A DNA stretch of 64,000 nt, taken from assembly GCA_049840575.1 (NCBI GenBank), contig JASGKV010000010.1, positions 1,633 through 65,632 of the forward strand, given 5' to 3'. How positions within the stretch are numbered: position 1 is the first letter of the stretch; the number at the start of each line of letters is the position of its first letter. Position numbers and translations under genes: made by a program. Origin of the DNA: Pirellulales bacterium. GTDB taxonomy: Bacteria; Planctomycetota; Planctomycetia; Pirellulales; JALHPA01. Below the pieces are notes generated by a model, which was given only the letters and a program-made list of their open reading frames with translations, searched no databases and was not told the origin of the DNA. Below, one piece after another: positions 34,756-44,558 of the stretch.

Positions 34756-35491
34756 TTATGCCTTTTTGCGCTTCGTCAGCTTGTCGCGCAGTTTGGCGGC
34801 CAACTCGTATTGCTCTTTGGCGATCGCTTCGTCCAATTGCTCTTGGATCGTCCGTCCGACGCGAAAGTGTTTTTTAAGACTCTCCTTCAACTCGTTCAGC
34901 CGGACCACGAACTCGTCCTCGTCGTAACGTTCCTCCGCTTCGTAATCGACGTAAATCTTTTTGAAGCGATTCAACCCGCGATTCAGTTCGGCGATCGCCG
35001 ACTCGGCGCCGTTCTCGTCCAACTCCGAGAAAACGGAAGCCTGCACGCGATGGAACAACACGAACGGACGATACTGCTCGTGACCGATCGTCCAATCGTC
35101 GTCGGGCGAATGTTCTTTGACGAAATCCATGAACGACAACGTATGATCGGCGTCGATCACGGCCCGCTCGAATTCGCGTAGCGCCAACCAACTGATCCGG
35201 CGGTGATAAAACTGGGCGAATTCCTGGTCGGCCAGCGAACATTGCTCGCTGGTCATCGTGAATTCCGAACCTTTATCCAAAGACTCGCGAATCAAGTAAT
35301 CGAAATAGGTTTTTTCGCCGTGTGGTTTCTGACCGTCGGGCCGGTCGGTCGATTCCATTTGTAACAAACCCAAGTCAATGCGCATTTGAATGACTTGGCG
35401 ACCGTCGGACGCTTTGATGATGCGCCATCACCTCGTCCGGCCGATACGGCCAGTCGCGCAACAGCGTATCCAAATCACGACGCTTAGGCAT
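34756..35491 (-). CDS. UvrB/UvrC-motif (UVR domain) protein (frame break near 35426)
   Basis: C-terminal EQLDEAIAKEQYELAAKLRDKL UVR motif. The N-terminal MPKRRDLDTLLRDWPYRPDEV joins RIIKASDGRQVIQMRIDLG in the next frame. Confidence 0.7.
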
Positions 35492-35788
35492 AGGTTTCGA
35501 CCTTGAATCACAAGAAAATCGAGGGCGGGCGTTGCATCCGGAAACGCCCGGCCCAACGACACTGGTATCTTAGTTCGACAGGGCAAAAACGCCTAGCCGC
35601 GAACGGCGACACACGGCTTCCACGAACGCCTCGGTATACCATTCTTCGATGGACACTTTGGGTTAGCAGCGCCGACGACCGACGCCGCGGAAATGATCTT
35701 TTACGAATTTCTTCGGCGCACATAGAATTGCGACGGAGCGATGTGAGGGAAGCGACGATTCCGACGGTTCCGAAATCGAATCCGGGGA

Positions 35789-37563
35789 GTGCTCGCGATG
35801 GGGACGATGCGCCGTGAAGAACAAATCGCGGAAGCCGAAGAGCTGCTGGGCGATCGCTTGGATAAAGTCGCGTTCGCCAAGGGGCTGTTCTTCGGAAAGT
35901 ACCTACGTGAGACTTTGCCCCCCTACCCTATCGAACCGCCCCTGCTGCCGGTCGTCGCGCTAGCCGACGAACTGCGCGAGTTCTGTCGCACGACGATCGA
36001 TCCGGCGGCCATCGATCGTAACGCCCGCATTCCCGACGAGGTCATCCGGGGGCTCGGGCGCATCGGCGTTCTCGGCGCGTGCTTACCGACATCGTGCGGC
36101 GGACGCGGTATGAGTCAGACCGATTATTGTCGCATCTTGGAAATCCTGGGTGGACATTGCGCCAGTACGGCGTTGTTCGTCAACGCGCATCATTCGATCG
36201 GCCCCCGTGCGATCGTGCTCTTCGGCACGCCCGAGCAGCAATCCCGTTACTTACCCAAACTGGCGTCGGGCGAATGGATCAGCGCATTGCGCTGACCGAA
36301 GTCGAAGCCGGCAGCGACGCCGCCAACGTGCAAACGACGGCGGTCCGCGACGGCGACGATTACGTGCTGAACGGTTCGAAACGCTGGATCACCAACGGCG
36401 GCATCGCCCAAGCGTTAACCGTGATCGCGCACGATACGTCGCCCGAGGCCGCCGACGGCAAGCCGGGCGGAAAGCCTAGCGCGTTCCTGGTCACGCCCGA
36501 GATGCCCGGTTTCCGCGTCGTGGAAGAGCGGATGGAGAAATGCGGCGTCCGCGGGACGGCGACGTCGCGATTGGCGTTCGAAAACATGCGTGTGCCGCGT
36601 GCGAACGTGCTGTCGAAGCCAGGCAAAGGCCTCAAGATCGCATTGACCGTGCTCGACTACGGGCGCACCACGTTCGGCGCCAGTTGCACCGGAGCGGCGA
36701 AATTTTGCTTGGCCAAAGCGACCGAACATGCGCAACGGCGCGTGCAATTCGGCCAGCGGATCGGCGACTTCGAATTGGTCAAGGATAACCTAGCCCGCAT
36801 GGCGGCGGGCGTGTTCGCGATGGAAGCGACGACCTATCAAACGGCCGCGTTGATCGACGCCGGGGCCGACGACTATATGTTGGAAACGGCCATGCTCAAG
36901 GTCATGGCGACCGATACGCTCTGGACGATCATTAACGACACGATCCAAATCTACGGCGGCAAGGCCTACTTCACCGACGAACCATTCGAACGCATGTTGC
37001 GCAATGCGCGGATCAACATGATCGGCGAAGGAGCCAACGACGTACTGCGCACGTTCGTCGCGCTGGTCGGCATGCGCGACGTGGGACTCGATTTACAGGG
37101 CGTCCTCAACTCGTTGAAGCATCCGTTGAAAAACTGGAATCGCCTGACGGATTTCGCCGGCAAACGCTTGGAGTCGATGTTCCATGCCCCGGAAGTTCAA
37201 GTCCGCCACGCCGAGTTGCTCCATGAAGCGACCGAACTAGGTCGCCTGATCGCCCGTTTCTCGTCACAAATCGAAAAGCTGTTGCGGACGTATCGCGAAG
37301 CCGTTGTCGATCGCCAATACCAAGCGGGGCGCATCGCCGATTCGGTGATCGAACTCTATTCCAGCACGTGCGTGTTGCGGCGGATCGACGCGTTGCTCGG
37401 CTTGCACGCCGATGGGACGCCCGAGCGACGTCGGACGTTACGAACCGGACGCTTGGCGTTAAAGATATCCGCCCGACGTATCGAACGCGCACTGAACGAT
37501 CTCTGGGACAACGACGACGAAGAGTTCAACGCCGTGGCCGACCAAGAATTGGACGGCAAGTAG
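35789..37563 (+). CDS. Long acyl-CoA dehydrogenase (VLCAD/ACAD9-like, with C-terminal extension; frame break near 36285)
   Basis: FALTE-like LTEVEAGSDAA, KRWITNGG, GVRG, YGRT and the QIYGGKAYF...ERMLRNARI..IGEGAN motifs. Confidence 0.9.
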
Positions 37564-37616
37564 ACATTTAAGGCGGTTCAAACCACCGTCGAGATGATCA
37601 CGACTCGAATATCCGA

Positions 37617-37820
37617 CTAAGTCGACGTCCGACGACGCCACGCCCAAACAAACGTTACGGCGACGATGCCCACCAAAATTCCTAAATCGGCGACGGCCCC
37701 GCCACGTTCGAGAAACTCCGGAATCAAGGGTTGCGCGTGGGCGGATGAACAGGTACCGGCCAAGACGAGGCTCAAAAGTGCCGGCAGTAAGACGAGCGTG
37801 CGTAGCGGACGAGAAAACAT
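37617..37820 (-). CDS. 67-aa protein: signal peptide directly followed by a PEP-CTERM-like anchor
   Basis: MFSRPLRTLVLLPALLSLVLAGTCSSAHA, then QPLIPEF, then the hydrophobic helix LGILVGIVAVTFVWAW, then RRR. Confidence 0.4.
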   Translation of the reverse strand: MFSRPLRTLVLLPALLSLVLAGTCSSAHAQPLIPEFLERGGAVADLGILVGIVAVTFVWAWRRRTST

Positions 37821-37946
37821 GCGATCCGGTCGAAAACGTGGATGAGATTCCCTCTCTCCATCTAGGTGTAATCGAGTTTTCCGAATTGGCAATGAATTCG
37901 TAGCGAAGTGACGAAAGATTCGTCGAATCCAACAAGAATGATGCGT

Positions 37947-38429
37947 TTACGCAACAAACGCCAAATAATAAAAAGCGATTCCTGTGATGGCGGTCAACGC
38001 CATGCCATAGCCCGAAAGCATACCCAATCGCTTATGCGTGCGACTGTGCGGACCGGGCGTGGGAGGATCCGGAAATTTGCGATACGCCATCACGGTAACC
38101 AACACCCACAGCGCGAAAGTCGGTACGGCGAAACAGAGGTGCACGATCAGCACGCGCGTCACCGTGCCGGTTTCGTAATACGGCGAAGGGGCGGCGATCT
38201 CATGCCACTTGGTGAAGAAGCGCATATCGATCTCGAACGCCAGCACGGCGATCAGCAGAACGCCGCCGAGAAGCGTTCGCGCGGTTTTGTGCGCCGCGAA
38301 CTTTCGCTTTTTCGCCAAACCGATCGACCAAGCCAACGCCGGAATCGTAAGAAACATCGCGATAAATACGATGTCCAGCATCATCGACGCGGGTCGACTC
38401 GGCAGCAGATGATGCAAAAACCCCGGCAT
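37947..38429 (-). CDS. DUF420-like four-TM membrane protein
   Basis: 160 aa from the ATG at 38429. Four hydrophobic segments with a conserved-looking His pattern (AAHK, IVHLCFAVP, HKRLG...TG..FYY). The longer 313-aa ORF upstream overlaps the tRNA intron and is rejected. Confidence 0.5.
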   Translation of the reverse strand: MPGFLHHLLPSRPASMMLDIVFIAMFLTIPALAWSIGLAKKRKFAAHKTARTLLGGVLLIAVLAFEIDMRFFTKWHEIAAPSPYYETGTVTRVLIVHLCFAVPTFALWVLVTVMAYRKFPDPPTPGPHSRTHKRLGMLSGYGMALTAITGIAFYYLAFVA

Positions 38430-38655
38430 GAACCACGAACTCCCGACGACGACGCGCGCAGTCATGATAACGGAATCCGGCGAGACGACTGTCGAAATCC
38501 TCGCCGGCAAGATACACTGTGAGCCGACGATTCTAGCGAATCGTGCGACGTTTCCATACGGCGTCTTCCGATGTTGCGATCGGCATAGCCCGCGAATCGA
38601 TTCGGGTCGCCGCAACGCGCAAGATCGAATTATTGCGTCCGGAAACGACGTGCAA

Positions 38656-39036
38656 CCGGGTGTGGTGGAATGGCAGACACTAGGGACTTTACATGACGTG
38701 GAGCCGCCCGCGAGGAATCGCGGTGCGCGAATGTCGAGAATTGCCGGAATCTCCTGAGAGCCCTCGGACGACAGCGTGGTCGGCGACGACGAGCGCGAAC
38801 GTTTGAAAACGCGAGGGATTGGACAACCAGCAGCCGAGCGTCTCGCTTTCCCAAAGCGAGTCGAAGGTTCAGAGACTATGCACGACACGTCCTCTGTCGC
38901 GAAACGCGAACGGACGATGAGATAGTCCAGACGACGACCGAGAACGCCAGCGTTCGCGGCTCGGGGAAAGCCCAGAGGTCGTAAGAAAATCCCTTGAGGG
39001 GGAACCCTCGTGCGGGTTCGAGTCCCGCCACCCGGA
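38656..39036 (+). tRNA. trnL: tRNA-Leu(UAA) interrupted by a group I intron (exons 38656-38689 and 38986-39036)
   Basis: The joined exons give an 85-nt class II tRNA. Acceptor CCGGGTG/CACCCGG, D arm GTG-GAATGGCAGA-CAC, anticodon stem AGGGA/TCCCT, loop CTTAAAA, long variable arm GAGGG-GGAA-CCCTC, T arm GCGGG-TTCGAGT-CCCGC, discriminator A. No CCA is encoded. Confidence 0.85.
38690..38985 (+). ncRNA. Group I (IC3-like) intron in the anticodon loop of tRNA-Leu(UAA)
   Basis: Inserted after U34, the same site as cyanobacterial and plastid trnL introns. It ends in G. It contains CCTGAGAGCC (38753-38762) and GGTTCAGAGACTATGCACG (38866-38884), which resemble conserved core elements of known tRNA group I introns. 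It carries no ORF. Confidence 0.8.
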
Positions 39037-39062
39037 CTTCGTGAGCGGATGCTGAGCTGTCG

Positions 39063-39093
39063 GACGCGGGGAAAAGACTTTTTTCTCCGCGTC
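39063..39093. terminator. Hairpin between the convergent tRNA-Leu and mgtC (possible bidirectional terminator)
   Basis: GACGCGG...CCGCGTC stem enclosing an A-run and T-run (GGAAAAGACTTTTTTCT). Confidence 0.5.
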
Positions 39094-39112
39094 GCAGACT
39101 CTTCGCGTCCTC

Positions 39113-39599
39113 TTAGCCCCGCCCGCTCGGCAACCGTTTCTCAAGCAGCGCCGGGACGACCCTAAGAATCAGCAGCGCCAAAACGGTCGCCAAAATGGCC
39201 GAGGCGTCGCGACCCAAGCCGACCGCGACCCCGATCGCCGCGGTCAACCAAATTCCGGCGGCGGTCGTCAGCCCTTGAACGCGATCTTCGTCGTCGCCTT
39301 TCACGATCGCCCCCGCGCCTAAAAAGCCGATCCCGGCGATCAAACCTTGCAGAACTCGGCCGATCGAATCGTCGGTAAAGCCGAGTTGCTTAGGGACGAG
39401 CATAAAGAACGCCGCGCCGAGCAGCGACGAACATGTGCGTGCGCAATCCGGCGGCTTTGCCTTTGACCTCGCGATCGTATCCCAACACGCCACCCAAGAA
39501 TGCGGCCAGCGTCATTCGAAACACCAACCGTGTCGTCTCCGCCGCATCGGGCAGATCGGACAGTTCCGAACGCAACGTCTCGACGATCTCGGTAAACAC
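39113..39599 (-). CDS. mgtC: MgtC/SapB-family membrane protein (frame break near 39430)
   Basis: FLGGVLGYDREVKGKAAGLRTH, then LLGAAFFML, GIGFLGAGAI and TAAGIWLTAAIGVAVG. Confidence 0.85.
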
Positions 39600-39722
39600 G
39601 CTTGACCTCGATAAATCATAACGGGAATACGACGTCCGGAGAGTCTCGTCATCGCACGCGAGTCAACGGCGCGATGGTTGGCGGACGATTACTTTAGCCC
39701 GTCGGACACGCTGTGAAAACGC

Positions 39723-39750
39723 GAACGGACGGTCGCATGACCGTCCGTTC
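39723..39750 (-). terminator. Intrinsic-terminator-like hairpin downstream of the dioxygenase gene
   Basis: Perfect 12-bp stem GAACGGACGGTC / GACCGTCCGTTC with a 4-nt loop. On the minus strand it is followed by GCGTTTTC. Confidence 0.5.
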
Positions 39751-39779
39751 GACGCATCGCATGTCGTATACCGAAACCT

Positions 39780-40439
39780 TCATTCGCGCGGCGTGACGCC
39801 CAAGACGATATCGAAATTGGCGGCCAATTCGCCGGTCTTCGACGCCTTGATCGGCGCGAAATCAATCATGACCGAATCGCGAGCCTTTTCGTCGCGAATC
39901 CCCAATACCACGCCGTCGCGCGCGTTTCCGGGGTGACCTTTGATGTAGCACTGAGTGACGAAGGGCTGGTTGCCGCGTGTTTTCACCGCCACGTGGATAT
40001 GTGGCGAACGACCGGGATACGGCACCGGTTTGATCGTGCGAAAGTAGTATTCACCGGTCGAACCGGTCAAAAACCGGCCGAAGCCCTGAAAGTTGCCGTC
40101 CCGTCGTTCGCCGTTGCCGCTGCGCGAGTGCAGGTATGCGCCGTTATTGTCGCACTGCCAGATCTCGACCACGGCGTTGCGAATCGGCGAACCGTTCTTG
40201 GTCAGCACCTTTCCGGTCAGATGCGTGATCTCGCCCACGCCGGGCGTGATCGCGTCGTTGATGATCAGCAGGTCGTTATCCGTATCCAGCGGCATTTTGT
40301 CGGGATAAAACGGACCCTCGGTTTGGGCCGGCGTGCGGGTCAGTTCTTCGGCAAACAGCCCGCGCGTGGTAAACAACGCCGCGCCGAAGGCCGAAATTCG
40401 TAAAAACCGCCGACGATCGGGCAACCAGAGTTGGGACAT
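39780..40439 (-). CDS. Intradiol ring-cleavage dioxygenase family protein with a Tat-type signal
   Basis: DRRRFLRISAFGAALF twin-arginine signal, TEGPFYP, EIWQCDNNGAY and GRSPHIHV. Confidence 0.85.
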   Translation of the reverse strand: MSQLWLPDRRRFLRISAFGAALFTTRGLFAEELTRTPAQTEGPFYPDKMPLDTDNDLLIINDAITPGVGEITHLTGKVLTKNGSPIRNAVVEIWQCDNNGAYLHSRSGNGERRDGNFQGFGRFLTGSTGEYYFRTIKPVPYPGRSPHIHVAVKTRGNQPFVTQCYIKGHPGNARDGVVLGIRDEKARDSVMIDFAPIKASKTGELAANFDIVLGVTPRE

Positions 40440-40586
40440 GACGCGACTCCGCGAATGACGTGTTGTGACTGCGCGTGGGAAGGCTGTGACTCTTAACCTG
40501 AAAACGGACATTCAGGTTCCGAATCGTCAGCGCGTATCCTAAGGAATTTCCGCAAACTTCGCGCGATTGATTTGGTCACGGCTTGG

Positions 40587-42964
40587 TCACGATCGCTTGC
40601 TCGACGGCTCGCTTGCGGATTTCTCGCGTGCAACGTTCGTACTCGAATTCGCGAATTTGCGCTCTAGGTCGGTCAGCGTCATCAAAATCCGTTCGCCGGT
40701 CGCAGGCATGGCGAAACGCGGGATTTCCCCCGGCGCGACGTATGAAAGCGCGTTCTTCACGGCCGCCCAGGCGGCGATTCCCAGCGGCAACGGCGGTTCG
40801 CCGACCGCTTTCGAGCGTTTGACGCCGACATGGTTGTCCGGGTTGTCGAAAAACCTGCAACGGAAATCGGTCGGCAAATCGCCGATGTTAGGAATTTTAT
40901 ACGTGGTCGGCGAATGCGAGAGCAGCGTCCCCTTTGCGTCGTACTTCAATTCCTCGGCGGTCACCCAGCCCATCCCTTGAATAAAGCCGCCTACGACTTG
41001 TCCGCGATCGATACCGGGATTAATGGGAATACCGACGTCCATCAGCAGGTCGACGCGCGGCACGCTCAACTCGCCGGTGAAGCGATCGATCTCGACCTCG
41101 ACGACCGCAGCGCCGTTGGTGTAATACAAAAACGGCGTCCCCTTGCCCGTTTCGCGGTTCAAGTCGACGCCCGGCGTGACGTAGAACCCTCGCTCGCCCA
41201 ACGAGACGCGCTCGAAGTAGGCCTTCTTCACCAGTTCGACAAACGTCGTTCGCCGATCGGGTGCGCGTTCGTCCCAGACTTGCCCAGCGGCGAAGCGGAC
41301 GTGTGTGGGCGACGCCGGAATGCCGCGCGACGCATCGGCGAATTGGCCGGCCGCGAAATCGGCCAAACGACCGCGAATTCGCCCCGTGGCGTCGAGCGCG
41401 GCCATGCCGTTGAGATCGGTCCCGCACGACGCGGCGGTCGGACTGGTGTTGTTGTTTTTCTCGGTGCTGGTCGTCCCGACGACGACCGACGCGTACGGAA
41501 TGCCCAGGTCGTCGGCCACCAATCGGCGCACGCGGGTGTGCACGCCCTGCCCCATCTCGGTTCCGCCGTGACTGACCATCACCGTGCCGTCGAGATAGAC
41601 GTTGACCAACGCGTTGGCTTGATTCAGCGTTCGCTTGGTGAACGAGATGCCGAACTTAACGGCCGTCATCGCAAGACCATGCAGTAGTAGCACGCAATCG
41701 CGCATTCAGAGCGTGGATTTCCGCCCGTCGGCGATCGTATTCACTCTCCGCGCAGCTCGCCAAGTAACTTCGGCAGGACGTTGTTGCGGAAGATTTGCCC
41801 GTACGGCGTGGTGTTGCGTTCGGTGACGCCGTATAAATTCGCTTCGCGCACGTCGTAGGCGTCTTTGCCTAGGCGCATCGCGATCTCTTCCAAAATGTTC
41901 TCGATGCAGGCGATTCCCTGCGGCCCTCCGAAGCCGCGGAACGCGGTGTTCGACGGCAAATTCGTTTTGCAAATCCGACCTGTGATTCGCGCGTCGGGCA
42001 GATAGTACGCGTTGTCCGAATGCAACATCGCCCGCTCGAGCACCGACGTCGAAAGGTCGGTCGTAGCATCCTCCGTTAGAGTACAGGTCCAACTTCAACG
42101 CGGTCAGCTTGCCGTCGTAGTCGAAACCGACTTTGTATCGTCCCTTGAACGGATGACGCTTGCCGGTGATCGTCATGTCTGTGTCGTGATCCAGCACGAT
42201 CCGCGCGGGCCGACCCGTGCGTTGCGCGACGAGCGCCGCCATCGCGGCGGGCTGAGCGGCTTGCGTTTCCTTTCCGCCGAAGCCCCCGCCCATCCGTTTG
42301 CATTGAACGATGACCTGATTGAAGCCGATTCCCAGCACTTCGGCGACGACGGCCTGGACTTCGCTCGGATGCTGGGTCGACGAGAGAATCGTCAGAGCCC
42401 CTTGCTCGTCCGGGTAGGCCAAGGCGGCCATCGATTCGAGATAAAAATGCTCTTGCCCGCCGATGTCGAGTTCGCCTTCCAGCGTGTGTCGCGCAGCGGC
42501 GAAACCGGCGGCGACGTCGCCCGTTTCGATGATGCGTAACGGCCCGAGAAAATCGCCGGCGGCGATCGCTTCGTCGATGGTGAAGCGCGGCGGCAGCGGT
42601 TCGATGTCGGCGGTGATCAGCCGCTTGGCCGCTAACGCGGCGGCGCGAGTTTCGGCGACCACGATGGCCAACGGTTCGCCGACGAAACGCACGACGTCTT
42701 GCGCCAACAAGCAATCGTCCGGCACGATCGGACCGAACGTGTTGTGGCCCGGCACGTCGGTCGAGGTCAGCACGCAGACTACTCCCGGCGCCGCGCGGGC
42801 GGCTTCGAGATGAAGCATTTGACGCGGCCATGCGCGACGGGCGACCCGAACAGTTCGAGAAAAAGTTCGCCGCGACGCGGAGGAATGTCGTCGATGTAGG
42901 TCGAACGACCGGCGACGTGCGTCACGGCCGAATCATGCGGAAGATCGGCGCCGACGGCGTTCAT
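40587..42964 (-). CDS. xdhB: Xanthine dehydrogenase molybdopterin-binding subunit (at least three frame breaks near 42810, 42050 and 41720)
   Basis: HDSAVTHVAGRSTYIDDIP, GGQEHFYLE, RMGGGFGGKE, AFRGFGGPQG, GGTEMGQG and a C-terminal SKAVGEPP. Its start overlaps the xdhA stop (ATGA at 42961-42964). Confidence 0.9.
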
Positions 42965-44485
42965 TGCGCACCTCCGCGACCGTTTTGGTCGTTGCCGGAT
43001 GGAGCTTGATCGTTGGAGGTCGCGGCGACTCGCGGCGGCCCGCCTAGGCCGTTCCGGGCATATGGAGCATCCAAGGCGTCCGTCGCGTCGAAATAGAACT
43101 TCACCAAAAAATTCTCGGCTAAGCGTTTGCGATAATCGGCCGCCCCCCGCACGTCCGAAATCGGCGCAATTCACCGATCGCCGTCGCGCCGACCGTGCGC
43201 ATCGTCGCTTCGGTAAAGGGCTTGCCGCGGAGGCGCGGCTTCCGTCGCGCGTAAACGAACGATATTCGGCCCGACGCCGCCGTAAGCAATGCGGATGTCG
43301 CCGATGCGATTGGCGTCCAAACGCAACCAAAACGCGGCGGTCGCGGAAGAAATATCCAAGTCGCGTCGTTTGGAGACCTTATACGCACGAAAGACCTCGT
43401 CGGCCGCAGGCAGCGGAATATGAACCCGCGCCAGCAGTTCGTCCTTCATTTTTACCGACCGTTTGTAGCCGGTGTAGTAATCGTTGATGTCGACGCGTCT
43501 GCGCCGCGGACCAACCAGTTCGATCTCGGCCTGCAGTACGAAGAGCCCCGGCATCGTGTCTCCGATCGGCGAGCCGTTCGCGATATTGCCGCCCAAGGTC
43601 CCGGCGTTCTTAATCAACGGCGAACCGAAGCGATCCAACATCCCGGCGTACGACGGCAAGACGTCGGCCACGGCCGCTTCCAAGTCGGTCAGCGTCGCCA
43701 GCGCGCCGATGCTCAACGTTTGGTCGGTACGCTCGATCGTTCGCAGTTCGGTCAACGAGCGCGTACTGAGGACCGACTCGAACGTGCGGAATCCCTTATT
43801 CGCCTGCACCCCCAAGTCCGTACCGCCCGAGACGATCAAACAATCGGGCCGCGCCGCGAGGTGCGCGGCGGCTTGCACGACGGTCGCGGGCTTAAAAAAC
43901 TCGCGTGCGCCGTCGTGGATGGCGACCGCTTCGTTTTCATGGTTCCGCAAATCGGCGGCGATCGTTTGCGTATCGTAGAGCGAATTCAATGGGCGCAGTG
44001 CCGGCCTGATCGGTCTCCATACCGGCCTTCAGGATCGCTTCATATCCGGTGCAGCGGCACAGATTACCGGTCAGCCCACGACGCCAGTTTTGCTCGGTCG
44101 GCACGGTTTCGCGATCCAACAGCGAACACATCGAGACCACGAAACCCGGCGTGCAGAAACCGCATTGCGAGCCTTGGCAACGCACCATCGACTCTTGCAG
44201 CGGGTTCAATCGACCGTCGTAGCTCAACCCCTCGACGGTCACGATATGCGCGCAATCGAGTTGGAACAGATATTGAATACACGAGCAGACCGGGCGATAC
44301 CGAATCGTTTCACCCTCGGGTAGGCCGAGCAACGTCGTGCACGAGCCGCAATCTCCTTCGGCACAGACGATTTTCGTGCCGAACAGACCGAGGTCTTCGC
44401 GTAAGAAGGTCGACAGCGAAACGAACGCGCGATCGCGAACTTCGTACCTTCGATCGTTGACGTAAAGCAGCAGATAGTCGCGCAT
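42961..44485 (-). CDS. xdhA: Xanthine dehydrogenase small subunit (2Fe-2S plus FAD-binding; frame breaks near 43985, 43235 and 43160)
   Basis: CAEGDCGSCT and CQGSQCGFCTPGF...CRCTGY are the iron-sulfur motifs. The FAD domain has SGGTDLGV and AGTLGGNIANGSPIGD. The CO-dehydrogenase flavoprotein C-terminal RGAADYRKRLA is present. Confidence 0.9.
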
Positions 44486-44558
44486 GAAATTCCGAATTCC
44501 GCGCTCCTCCTCGATTCCCTAGTTCGATTGTAAACCGGATGCCGGGATCGGGCGAGCG

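Noticed and set aside
37947-38888. A 313-aa minus-strand ORF extends the DUF420 gene upstream.
   Set aside because: The upstream 150 codons are Arg/Ser/Pro-rich nonsense and run antisense through the tRNA-Leu exon and group I intron. The conserved membrane protein starts at the ATG at 38429.
38656-39036. A T-arm plus acceptor end roughly 380 nt from a matching 5' strand suggested a tmRNA (ssrA).
   Set aside because: The 5' part has a normal D arm and anticodon stem. The 3' part supplies the matching anticodon stem strand, a long variable arm and a T arm. No tag-peptide reading frame or pseudoknot pattern was seen. An intron-containing tRNA-Leu explains every base of the ends.
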